Origin: Macrostomum lignano
Lineage: Eukaryota
Assembly (NCBI GenBank): GCA_002269645.1
Contig: NIVC01003133.1
Location: forward strand, 1 to 64,000
Direction of reading: 5' to 3'
Length of the DNA stretch: 64,000 bases
The notes beneath the pieces are model-generated. The model searched no databases. It was not told the origin of the DNA and saw only the letters and a list, made by a program, of their open reading frames with translations. This document shows, piece by piece, positions 53,118 to 64,000 of the stretch; the stretch's first letter is position 1; each line of letters opens with the position of its first letter. The position numbers and the translations under genes were made by a program.

Positions 53118-53582
53118 TCCACCTCACTCCCTTACCCCACACCTCACTGCCTTACCCCCACCTCACTCCCTTACCCCCCACCTCACTCCCTTACCCCCCA
53201 CCTCACTCCCTTACCCCCCACCTCACTCCCTTACCCCCCACCTTACTCCCTTACCCCCCACCTCACTCCCTTACCCCCACCTCACTCCCTTACCCCCCAC
53301 CTCACTCCCTTACCCCCCACCTCATTCCCTTACCCCCACCTCATTCCCTTACCCCCACCTTATTCCCTTACCCCACCTCACTCCCTTACCCCCACACCTC
53401 ACTCCCTTACCCCCACCTCACTCCCTTACCCCCACCTCATTCCCTTACCCCCACCTCACTCCCTTACCCCCACACCTCACTCCCTTACCCCCACCTCACT
53501 CCCTTACCCCCACACCTCACTCCCTTACCCCCCTACCTCACTCCTTACCCCCACCTCACTCCTTTACCCCCACCTCACTCCA
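53118..53582. repeat. C-rich minisatellite, ~20-bp unit CCTCACTCCCTTACCCCCCA
   Basis: About 23 copies with variable C runs; the minus strand is G-quadruplex-prone. Confidence 0.95.
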
Positions 53583-54039
53583 TTAACTCACTAACTGCAC
53601 TTGCCCATCATACCACACTCCCTTTTCCCCATTTCTCATTTCTCTTCATCAGTAATTCTGTGTACTTTAGATTGCAATTTTTCCAACAAATTTAATCTTT
53701 GACTATCCCAGCTGAATTGCGTGGACGGTCTGGGTCGCATTCTAATAAATATTTTAGCCACTCAGTTCAATTTATCTTCTTTTTTGATCTTTTTATCTCT
53801 TTAGAAAAAACATTCTCCCATGAGATCTTGAGTGCTTTGCATAATTCTAGTCTTTAATGTCGATCCATTCTTGAATTTCTGCTTGCGTCCCAGATTCAGG
53901 GCAGACTTCTTTTTGTCCATGATTTCTCTGAATAGGAAGAAGACAGCTTTCTTCATTCAGCTTTTTAAGTGCAGCAAACCAAAGAGTCAGGTTTTCAATA
54001 AGCAAAAGCAGATTAATGAGAACGCGTAGAGTAGGCAAT

Positions 54040-54275
54040 AACAGGTAGGGCAGACAGGAACAGTTAGAGTAGACAGGAACAGTTAGAGTAGACAGGAACA
54101 GATAGAGTACACAGGAACATGTAGAGCAGACAGGAACGGGTATAGTAGACAGGAACAGGTAGAGCAGACAGGAACAGGTAGAGCAGACAGGAACAGGTAG
54201 AGCAGACAGGAACAGGTAGAGCAGACAGGAACAGGTAAAGCAAGACAAGAACAGGTAGAGCAGACAGGAACAGAT
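54040..54275. repeat. Minisatellite, 19-bp unit GTAGAGCAGACAGGAACAG
   Basis: About 12 copies just upstream of ISCA2. Confidence 0.93.
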
Positions 54276-54378
54276 GAAGCAGAGAGACTGGACCAGGTAC
54301 ATTATGAGTAAGCATCGCATATGTAGAAACAAAAAAATCAGTGTCAATCAAACGCAACCCCCCTCACCACTCCGTCTC

Positions 54379-54864
54379 ATGCAGTCCCTAGCTGTCGCAG
54401 CCGCTGCCGCTGGCAGTAAAAAGCTGCTATTTCTGCAGCAGCAGAAACTAACACCTGTGTTTAACAATATTTGTCGGCATTGGCTGTCTGACACGAATGC
54501 TGCTCAGTCATCGCAGCCGCCGATTCGCCTGACAGACGAGTGCTCACGCCGGCTCTCCGAGCTGCACCGGACTCAGGGCAGCCACCTGCGCGTCTTAGTT
54601 GAAGGCGGCGGCTGTTCCGGTTTCCAATACAAATTCTTGCTGGACGACACCAGCTCTGGCGCTGCCGCCGATGATTGCACTATTGAATGTCCCGACGGCG
54701 GCGGGGCGAAGGTCTTCATCGATGTCGACTCGTTGGAGCTGCTTCGCGGCTGCACGTTGGACTATCAGCGCGAACTGATTAGGGAGGGCTTCAAGGTTGT
54801 GTCCAATCCGCAGGCTGAGAAGGGCTGCAGCTGCGGCTCCTCCTTTGCTGCGCGGCTTGACTGA
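54379..54864 (+). CDS. ISCA2: Iron-sulfur cluster assembly 2, mitochondrial (161 aa, intronless)
   Basis: LRVLVEGGGCSGFQYKF, YQRELIREGFKVVSNPQAEKGCSCGSSF; all three Cys present. ATG 54379 precedes a presequence-like N-terminus. Confidence 0.95.
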   Translation: MQSLAVAAAAAGSKKLLFLQQQKLTPVFNNICRHWLSDTNAAQSSQPPIRLTDECSRRLSELHRTQGSHLRVLVEGGGCSGFQYKFLLDDTSSGAAADDCTIECPDGGGAKVFIDVDSLELLRGCTLDYQRELIREGFKVVSNPQAEKGCSCGSSFAARLD

Positions 54865-54899
54865 GCTGGGCTGGTGCGGCCTCCCGAGTCTCCTGTGTC

Positions 54900-55632
54900 T
54901 GCTTTCTCCCTTCTCTTCCTCTCCTCTCCCTATCCCTTCTCTTCCTTCTCTTCCTCTCTCCCTCTCCCTCTCCCTTCTCTTCCTTCTCTTCCTCTCTCCC
55001 TCTCCCTTCTCTTCCTTCTCTTCCTCTCCTCTCCCTCTCCCTCTCCCTTCTCTTCCTTCTCTCCCTCTCCCTTCTCTTCCTTCTCTCCCTCTCCCTTCTC
55101 TTCCTTCTCTCCCTCTCCCTTCTCTTCCTTCTCTCCCTCTCCCTTCTCTTCCTTCTCTCCCTCTCCCTTCTCTCCCTTCTCTCCCTCTCCCTTCTCTTCC
55201 TTCTCTCCCTCTCCCTTCTCTTCCTTCTCTCCCTCTCCTTTCTCTTCCTTCTCTCCCTCTCCTTTCTCTTCCTTCTCTCCCTCTCCCTTCTCTTCCTTCT
55301 CTCCCTCTCCCTTCTCTTCCTTCTCTCCCTCTCCCTTCTCTTCCTTCTCTCCCTCTCCCTTCTCTTCCTTCTCTCCCTCTCCCTCTCCCTTCTCTTCCTT
55401 CTCTTCCTCTCTCCCTCTCCCTTCTCTTCCTTCTCTCCCTCTCCCTCTCCCTTCTCTTCCTTCTCTTCCTCTCTCCCTCTCCCTTCTCTTCCTTCTCTTC
55501 CTCTCTCCTCTCCTTCTCTCCCCCTCTCTTTCCCTCTCTCCCTCTCTCCCTCTCTCCCTCTCCCTCTCCCTTCTCTCCCTTCTGTTCCTTCTCCCCCCTC
55601 TCTCTCCCTCTCTCCCTTCTTTTCTCTCTGCT
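54900..55632. repeat. ~730-bp polypyrimidine/polypurine (CT-rich) tract
   Basis: Almost purely C/T on +, with units such as CTCTCCCTTCTCTTCCTTCTCTCC; explains the RE/GR/PS ORFs. Confidence 0.97.
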
Positions 55633-56214
55633 GTCTTTTCTTTCATCTTTGATCTTCTTCAACGTCTCTCAAGTTCATTTTTTGTCATTTCTTTTTTTTA
55701 TATTCCTTCCCCGTCATTAAAAAAACGTCCTTTGTTTGCTAGTTAGTATGTCAACTCATCTTTCATCTTCGTATTCTATAATAGCAACATACTGGCGTTT
55801 CATTCAGCCATTTGAATTTACCTATTCTCGGAATATTTCATTTTTGTTTTAACCAGTCAAGAACTTGCAGATCACACTTTCAAGATGAGCAACTGCAAAC
55901 AACAAATTTCAAATTTACTTTCATTTACTTTCAAAAACCAGATTGGCTTATTCAGTTTCTTTTAATTATCTGTCATTTGAGCAATGCTTCTTACGTGTTG
56001 CGTACATGTCATTTCTAAAAATTTCCCACTGTGAACTTCTACGAGTAGTAACGTTGACGCTCTGTGAAAAATCTATGAGAGCTTGTAAATACACTTGGTT
56101 GAGAATGTAGACTCTCAAATTTTAACTGAATTCTGCTTCATCCATCTAAACCTTTCTACTTTTTCAATTTAGTTATCTGCATTAGTATCTAATTTATCTT
56201 TTACGATATTAGAT

Positions 56215-56641
56215 CGATATGTATCGAAACTATATTCCACAGCCGATATGTATCGAAAATACGGTATATTCCACAGCCGATATGTATCGAAAATACGGTA
56301 TATTCCACAGCCGATATGTATCGAAACTATATTCCACAGCCGATATGTATTGAAACTACGGTATATTCCACAGCCGATATGTATCGAAACTATATTCCAC
56401 AGCCGATATGTATCGAAAATACGGTATATTCCACAGCCGATATGTATCGAAAATACGGTATATTCCACAGCCGATATGTATCGAAACTATATTCCACAGC
56501 CGATATGTATTGAAACTACGGTATATTCCACAGCCGATATGTATCGAAACTATATTTCACAGCCGATATGTATCGAAACTACGGTATATTCCACAGCCGA
56601 TATGTATCGAAACTATATTCCACAGCCGATATGTATCGAAA
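56215..56641. repeat. Minisatellite with mixed 29/34-bp units TATATTCCACAGCCGATATGTATCGAAA(C/ATACGG)
   Basis: About 13 copies. Confidence 0.95.
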
Positions 56642-56818
56642 ATGCACAAATACAGACAGACTATGCTACTGTGAAATTAATTGATTCCAGACCGAAGTGA
56701 TCCATCTGCGTTAGCGACTGTCTAGCAACCCCGGTTGTACACCCAGCCTTAGGCCCGGCGCTACCGGCATCCTACCAGGAGGAATATAGATTCCTCCCTC
56801 GAATCGCACGGTACGATC

Positions 56819-57331
56819 ATGGCAAACTCGGGCGCCAGCGAGTTCTCCGTTGTTGACATCAACGACGAGCAGCCTAAGAAAGGCGTCTGCACAGTTTTCC
56901 TTAGCGATGCCGGCGTCAAGAAGAAGTCAAAGTCTGAGTTGAAACTAACGGCCGAGTGAGTGCTGACTGACAGGCAGACAGACACTAAGACAGACAGACA
57001 GACACTAAGACACCCCCACTAAGACACACTAAGAGAGACACTAAGACACCCCACTAAGACACACTAAGGCACAATAAATGCAGTAAACTTTCCCAAACTA
57101 CTCTCGCATATCTCAATGCTCCGCTATCGCACTACGCAGCTCTGTTCACGTGACGGTGCAGGCGGACGCGGACAAGAGCCTGGAGTTCCGGGTGAAGAAG
57201 CTGCCGGGCGAGATAGTGGAGGGCAGCACCAAGCTGAAGCTCTCGACGGGAAGGTCACCCTCACCATAAAGAAGAAGGAGGCCAAGAGCTGGGCCGCCTA
57301 CGCCTCAGACAACTTGGAGTGCGGAGACTGA
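56819..57331 (+). CDS. Small CS/p23 (HSP20-like fold) domain protein; exons 56819-56955 and 57140-57331, 1-nt frameshift near 57244
   Basis: MANSGASEFSVVDINDEQPKKGVCTVFLSDAGVKKKSKSELKLTAD|SVHVTVQADADKSLEFRVKKLPGEIVEGSTKLKL/DGKVTLTIKKKEAKSW. Phase-2 GTGAGT...CGCAG intron. The L...I....S..K....V.L...KK....W pattern is CS-domain-like. Confidence 0.65.
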
Positions 57332-57834
57332 CTTGAACGGGGTGGGTAAGCCAAGCCTCGAACAAACATTAATATGTACTGAGCCCCATTTGCTCTAATT
57401 ACAATGATCTCTGCGCTGTTATTCGGTTTGCTAAGCTATATAAGATATTCATATACAGCTGCTGTCGCGTGTTTATTTTATACTACTTATTCACCGTTTA
57501 TATTGAGTAGTATAAATGCCTATTTAGTAGACTTTATAATAAAATTATAATTATAGTCATTTATTTATTGACGTCTAAAATAAAAATGTCACGGTTACCC
57601 TGATGTTAGTAGGTTTAAGTACTATTTTATCTTTTTTTGCACAAAGTTTCGTAGCAAGAATGAAATAAAATAATTGGTTATTACACGAATTTGAATGCGA
57701 AATAAGCTTAGAGATTGTTCGCATGCGATATGACAAAAAGTAGAAAAAATAATTTTCCCACTGGGCTGTGTGACCAAACCATTTTTAAAAGCGTCTTCTG
57801 GTACAGCAGATTTCTGGCTCGTGTTTTTCTTCAA

Positions 57835-59452
57835 ATGTCCCCTCTGACACCCTCTGTCCCCCCTGACGCCCTCTGTCCCCTCCGACACCCTTTGTCCCCC
57901 CTGACGCCCTCTGTCCCCCCTCTGACACCCTCTGTCCCCCCTCTGACGCCCTCTGTCCCCCCTCTGACACCCTCTGTCCCCCCTCTGATGCCCTCCGTCC
58001 CCCCTGACACCCTCTGTCCCCTCCGACGCCCTCTGTCCCCCCTGACACCCTCTGTCCCTTCCGACGCCCTCTGTCCTGACACCCTCTGTCCCCCTGACAC
58101 CCTCTGTCCCCCTGACACCCTCTGTCCCCCCGACACCCTCTGTCCCCCCCTCTGACGCCCTCTGTCCTCCCTCTGACGCCCTCTGTCCCCCCTCTGACGC
58201 CCTCTGTCCTCCCTCTGACGCCCTCTGTCCCCCCTCTGACGCCCTCTGTCCCCCCTCTGACGCCCTCTGTCCCCCTGACACCCTCTGTCCCCTCCGACGC
58301 CCTCTGTCCCCCCTGACACCCTCTGTCCCCTCCGACGCCCTCTGTCCTGACACCCTCTGTCCCCCTGACACCCTCTGTCCCCCCTGACACCCTCTGTCCC
58401 CCCTGACACCCTCTGTCCCCCCTCTGACGCCCTCTGTCCTCCCTCTGACGCCCTCTGTCCCCCCTCTGACGCCCTCTGTCCCCCTGACACCCTCTGTCCC
58501 CTCCGACGCCCTCTGTCCCCCCTGACACCCTCTGTCCCCTCCGACGCCCTCTGTCCTGACACCCTCTGTCCCCCTGACACCCTCTGTCCCCCCTGACACC
58601 CTCTGTCCCCCTGACACCCTCTGTCCCCCTCTGACGCCCTCTGTCCTCCCTCTGACGCCCTCTGTCCCCCTCTGACGCCCTCTGTCCCCCCTGACACCCT
58701 CTGTCCCCTCCGACGCCCTCTGTCCCCCCTGACACCCTCTGTCCCCTCCGACGCCCTCTGTCCTGACACCCTCTGTCCCCTCCGACGCCCTCTGTCCTGA
58801 CACCCTCTGTCCCCCTGACACCCTCTGTCCCCCTGACACCCTCTGTCCCCCTGACACCCTCTGTCCCCCCTCTGACGCCCTCTGTCCTCCCTCTGACGCC
58901 CTCTGTCCCCCCTCTGACGCCCTCTGTCCTCCCTCTGACGCCCTCTGTCCCCCTCTGACGCCCTCTGTCCCCCCTCTGACGCCCTCTGTCCCCCTGACAC
59001 CCTCTGTCCCCTCCGACGCCCTCTGTCCCCCCTGACACCCTCTGTCCCCTCCGACGCCCTCTGTCCTGACACCCTCTGTCCCCCTGACACCCTCTGTCCC
59101 CCCTGACACCCTCTGTCCCCCTGACACCCTCTGTCCCCCCTCTGACGCCCTCTGTCCTCCCTCTGACGCCCTCTGTCCCCCCTCTGACGCCCTCTGTCCC
59201 CCCTGACACCCTCTGTCCCCTCCGACGCCCTCTGTCCCCCCTGACACCCTCTGTCCCCTCCGACGCCCTCTGTCCTGACACCCTCTGTCCCCCTGACACC
59301 CTCTGTCCCCCCTGACACCCTCTGTCCCCCCTGACACCCTCTGTCCCCCCTCTGACGCCCTCTGTCCTCCCTCTGACGCCCTCTGTCCCCCCTCTGACGC
59401 CCTCTGTCCTCCCTCTGACGCCCTCTGTCCCCCCTCTGACGCCCTCTGTCCC
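57835..59452. repeat. Composite minisatellite, 17-21-bp units CTGAC(A/G)CCCTCTGTCCCC
   Basis: About 1.6 kb with higher-order blocks; explains ORFs 57622-59647. Confidence 0.97.
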
Positions 59453-60329
59453 TTTGAGAGAGCGCAGTAAATTCCAGCTCAGTATTGACTTTTGAGTGAC
59501 GCAACTTGCGCCACGCGACGCAGAGTTGGGCTGGGTGAGGAGCGATTGGGAAGGCGGAGGGCGGAGATTGGATGGATTGAAGCTTCCGGTTTTAATATCA
59601 AAATGGTTGGCCAAGGGATAGACGCTGGTCGAAAGACACAAGCTCACTGGGGCAAAGGGTGACGACTTTTCAATGTTTAAATATCGCGAAAATATTTGAA
59701 TCTTGCTAGAAAATCTTAATTTGCCAACTTATTCAACTTAATCAGTCTCACTGATAAGACTTATCTAGACTTTAAGATACCCGCCACGGCGCCACGTCAA
59801 GCACACGATTTTAAAAGGATAGTAAAAAAACTGTAAAAAAATTTAAAAAAGTTTAAAAAATAAAGTTTTATTTTGAGTAAAACGAAACAAAACAGTTCAA
59901 TAAAACTCTGAAAGCGCAGATTATGTACTACAAACTACAGTAAATCTGTAATTGCAGGGTTTTTTACAATAAATACATGCTTAACTTAAATCTCAAAAAG
60001 TTTTGAGCGTCTGGTGAGCTAGACTCTTTATTACATACCGCAAATCGCGATACATGATTACATAATCGCATGTGTATGTACATGTCGCAAAAACAGAGAG
60101 ATCTAACGACTAACTTTCAACCAAGGACAACCAAGGTCCCGAGTTTTTTAGTTGTCCTTTGCTTTCAAATCCTCGGTGGGAAATCAGGGAAATCACAAGC
60201 TTCTGAAAACTTGCTTTTTATTGTCTATGGTCAAAATGCCATTCCCAGTTGTTTTCTTCTGCCAATTGGATTTCACAGACCTTTTGGGCCATAGACAATA
60301 AAAAGGAGGTCTTCGTATGAAATAATCTC

Positions 60330-60752
60330 ACTGATAACCCCGTGATACGAGTGGAAAACCTCACTTATAAGGCCCCGATAAGCTGAGTGGAAAACCTGAC
60401 TGATAAGGCCCCGATAAGCTGAGTGGAAAACCTCACTGATAAGGCCCCGATAAGCTGAGTGGAAAACCTGACTGATAAGGCCCTGATAAGTTGAGTGGAA
60501 AACCTGACTGATAAGGCCCTGATAAGTTGAGTGGAAAACCTCACTGATAAGGCCGTGATAAGAGTAGAAAACCTCACTGATAAGGCCCTGATAAGCTGAG
60601 TGGAAAACCTGACTGATAAGGCCCTGATAAGCTGAGTGGAAAACCTGACTGATAAGGCCCTGATAAGCTGAGTGGAAAACCTCACTGATAAGGCCCTGAT
60701 AAGCTGAGTGGAAAACCTCACTGATAAGGCCCTGATAGGAATGGAAAACCTC
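60330..60752. repeat. Minisatellite, 36-bp unit TGGAAAACCT(C/G)ACTGATAAGGCCCTGATAAGCTGAG
   Basis: About 11 copies just 3' of the lectin-receptor stop codon. Confidence 0.95.
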
Positions 60753-60783
60753 CCTGAACGATCGGCCCAGCTCCAGTCGCAGG

Positions 60784-62380
60784 CTACACGTACATGTAAT
60801 TGCCAGCCATGGCAGCTTCATAGCTGGGCGGCGGACTCGAAGACTCAGAAGCATCTTTGCAATTATTATTAATATAATTGTCCTCATTATTACCTGTGTT
60901 ATACATAAAAACGCTTGCAGCATAGCTAGGCTGCGTGCTTTGAAGTTCAACTGGCAAATATGAAAGGCCCAGCTGAAACTGCCGCTGCCGCTGCTGATGA
61001 TAGCGCAGAATCCTTTGATGGCGCCGCAAAGTCAGAGTCAGCGCTACAACAATAGCAGCTACAGTTATCAACAGAGTAGCTATATGGATGATTAAAATTT
61101 TTGACTATGTTAAATTCAGGTCTTGTGAAAGCTGCTCTGCCTACTTACCTAATTGGAAAATCCTCGCCATTAAGAAATATTGCACGCTCCCGCTGGTCCG
61201 CTGCACTTGCATCGCCACGGGTGAGCAGAGCTCCAACCCAGTAGCCTGCATCAACACTTTTACTTTCCATGGCGTCAGTCTCAATCGTTAGTTTTTTCAA
61301 AGCTTCCAAATCCTGGCCAAAATGCATGGCCAGATTGGATCGCATTATTCGACAACCGGTTTGTGCTTGGGGGAAATCTAGTCCAGTCGGGGTGCCAAAG
61401 CAGCGACTTATTTTGTTGTTTCTAATTGGCAACCAGCCGTGCGGACAATCAGTGACGAACTCCAACTGGTGAGAATGGAAGGCTTGAACACAGTTTTTTA
61501 ATGTTGACCCCATCTGTTGGTGAGTGTTGACCCCATCTGTTGGTCAGTGTTGACCCCATCTGTTGGTGAGTGTTGACCCTATCTGTTGGTGAGTGTTGAC
61601 CCTATCTGTTGGTGAGTGTTGACCCTATCTGTTGGTGAGTGTTGACCCTATCTGTTGGCCAGTGTTGACCCCATCTGTTGGTGAGTGTTGACCCCATCTG
61701 TTGGTGAGTGTTGACCCCATCTGTTGGTCAGTGTTGACCCCATCTGTTGGTCAGTGTTGACCCTATCTGTTGGCCAGTGTTGACCCCATCTGTTGGTCAG
61801 TGTTGACCCTATCTGTTGGTCAGTGTTGACCCTATCTGTTGGTCAGTGTTGACTTTGATTGCTGTCATATTTACCCGCGCGCTTGTTCTAAACATTATAG
61901 CGTTTTGTAGAAAAAACTTACCTGCACACTAATAGAGTCCTCAACACCTGTTGCTCCCCTCATTAACAGATAAGCTGAATCGCCTTTTGTTGCAAAGCTT
62001 CGATAAATAGACTGGTTGAGTTTGAACACCTGAGCAATGGTTGAACTTGCCAGAAATGTATCTTGCAAAATCAGCGCCGAACCATTCGAGTCCTTGTTGT
62101 CAAGCAGTCTAATAACATAGTAACCACGTGAAGAAATTTGATTTGGCTTCATCAACTGAACGTGACAACGAGAACTTGTCGCGGTGATTGAGACGGTTAC
62201 TTTAATTGGTGACTTTCTAGGAATTATGAGCATAGGCGTTGCCGAACTGCTGTACCAGTGATAGCACTGGTAGTTGGTCTTTGTCGCATAGCACTGCTTG
62301 TCAACAGCAATGCTGACGATTGCCACTATTAATAGCTGGAGTGCCCATCCCACGGAACGAATTTGTGAGGCCGCTTTTTG
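60784..62380 (-). CDS. Type I membrane protein: signal, CUB-like domain, C-type lectin domain, TM, PPxY tail (5' exon not found)
   Basis: Exon 62380-61922 has a hydrophobic signal, two Cys and SFATKGDSAYLLM. Exon 61465-61149 has CPHGW...RCF...DFPQAQTGC...LA...YWVG. The last exon has TM IATLLITVAAIVVALTLTL-RR and PPPSYEAAM. Splice phase into the last exon is unresolved. Confidence 0.65.
61502..61853. repeat. Intronic minisatellite, 23-bp unit TGTTGACCC(C/T)ATCTGTTGGT(G/C)AG
   Basis: About 15 copies. Confidence 0.96.
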
Positions 62381-62629
62381 CTGAAAAAGAGAATAAAAAA
62401 TCTGGACTTTCTTTTTAGAAAAAAGCAAAATAGAAACCTTTCACTTCACTTGAAACCCTTCACAGACTCAACCATGTGCAACCTGTACACGACATCGCTA
62501 AACAGCTCAAACTCAAGCGTGATCATCTATTTTATTTTTTTATCTGTACACAAATTGCATCCTTGTTACCTGTATCACACACTAACTATTTATATCACGT
62601 CATTGTTGTGTGTACTTGCATCACAACAT

Positions 62630-64000
62630 CGTTACTCACATCACATCTTTGTTACTCACATCGCATTCTTGTTACTCACATCGCATTCTTGTTACTTACA
62701 TCGCATCCTTGTTACTCACATAACATCTTTGTTACTCACATAACATCCTTGTTACTCACATAACATCCTTGTTACTCACATAACATCCTTGTTACTCACA
62801 TAACATCTTTGTTACTCACATAACATCCTTGTTACTCACATAACATCCTTGTTACTCACATAACATCCTTGTTGGTGGAACAGGTGGATCTTCAGGTCGT
62901 CCCGCGCTCCGGAGGTGAAGATCGGCCTGAGGTGGTGCATGGCGCGCCAGGCCTGGGTCGCCTCTGGGCTCATCACGAGGGTGCCTAGGTACCGGAAGTC
63001 GCTGCACGTTGAGATGGCCTCGCCATTGGGAAGGGTCAGTGGTGGGGCATTGTCAGCACCCACGTGCAGCACCTCCGTCTTGCCTGCGTTAATCTGCAGG
63101 CCGATCCGAGCGCCTTCCTCGGAGAGTCGATTGAGAGCGTGCTGGGCTGCTATAGGGTCTCGGCACAGCAGCGCGATGTCGTCAGCGTAGGCGAGGGCTG
63201 GGAGCGTCACAGCAGTGTGGCGGGAGCTACGCTGAGGCGCGAGGACAAAGCTGTCGTCGTCTCGAAGGCAGCGGCGCAGAATGCAGTCAACAGCCAGAAT
63301 GAAAAGCAGGGGAGATAGCGGGTCCCCTTGCAGGACCCCGGAAGTGGTACCAAACTCGTCCGTAGGGCCATCGCTGGAGTCAACAAACGCCTTGGAGTTG
63401 TGGTACGGGTCCATAACTGCCGTCACCAGGGTGTCGGGACGCCGTACTGAGCCAGGAGCCAGGCTAAAGCCGTCCTGCTGACGGCTCCACCTGTTCCGCG
63501 CCGCCATAGAGCCGATCCTTCTCTACGGCATGGAGGCTGTCCCGATGACAACCACGCGAGAGCGGGCCCTGGACGCGATTCACCGCAACCTGCTGCGCAA
63601 GGCGCTGGGCGTGCGCTACCCGGCCGTCCTCCCGACGGCCCAGCTGATGGCGAGATCGAAATCGCCGTCCCTCAGCGCCACCCTCCGCCGGCGTCGCCAG
63701 GCCCTGCTGGGACACTGCCTGCGGCGGTTCGCCCGCGGCGACGACAACCCGCTCGGACTGGCCGTTCTGCACCCGCCGACCGAACGGTTCCGCCGCGGCC
63801 AAGGGCGGACCCAGACGCTCCGGGAGACACTTGTTGCCGACCTGGAGGCAATTGGACTGACCCCCCCCCAGACTGCTGCGACCCGCCCTCCCCCTCTTTT
63901 CCGCAATCGTGTGCGCGCTAGCGCCCCCCCCCCACCCTAGCGTCGTTGTAATGTAATGTAATGTAACATCCTTGTTACTCACATCACATCCTTGTTACTC
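62630..64000. repeat. Minisatellite, 20-bp unit TAACATCCTTGTTACTCACA, interrupted by a LINE
   Basis: Array at 62630-62873 resumes at 63964. Confidence 0.93.
62874..63966 (+). mobile_element. 5'-truncated, 5'-inverted RTE-like non-LTR retrotransposon
   Basis: RT core (GVLQGDPLSPLLF, YADD, FRYLG) lies on - at 62877-63486. The continuation (FRAAIEPILLYGMEA...RRRQALLGHCLR...RRGQGR) lies on + from 63487, with a (TGTAA)4 tail. 13-bp TSD taacatccttgtt at 62861-62873 and 63964-63976. Confidence 0.92.

Noticed and set aside
53118-53582. Interstitial telomere
   Set aside because: It contains CCCTTA within a 20-bp unit, not tandem CCCTAA.
54274-54378. N-terminal extension of ISCA2 from the ATG at 54274
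   Set aside because: It begins at the edge of the 19-bp repeat; ATG 54379 gives a typical length and presequence.

Overview
Eukaryotic (animal) genomic DNA, not prokaryotic. It has GT-AG introns, GC-rich exons in an AT-rich background and an extreme density of minisatellites; this style resembles a Macrostomum-type flatworm, but the taxon is inferred. Supported genes: an adhesion GPCR (-), a 10-exon WDR93 (-) with a degenerate GH47 mannosidase (+) and an Arg/Ser-rich orphan ORF (-) nested in intron 3, a CAMTA (+), ISCA2 (+), a small CS/p23-domain gene (+) and a CUB-like/C-type-lectin membrane protein (-). Mobile DNA: a FLYWCH MULE with a 9-bp TSD inserted in a Crypton relic, two inverted 3.8-kb copies of one DNA element bracketing WDR93, two more long-TIR elements, a tRNA-derived SINE and an RTE-like LINE with a twin-priming inversion. 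The most unusual signals are a 28S rDNA R2-target fragment fused to a truncated R2 3' end outside rDNA, a GH47 that has lost most catalytic acids, and a head-to-head pair of frame-preserving 15-bp arrays. Most long repetitive ORFs in the track are artefacts of tandem repeats. All alignments were made by eye from remembered family motifs; no database search was run.
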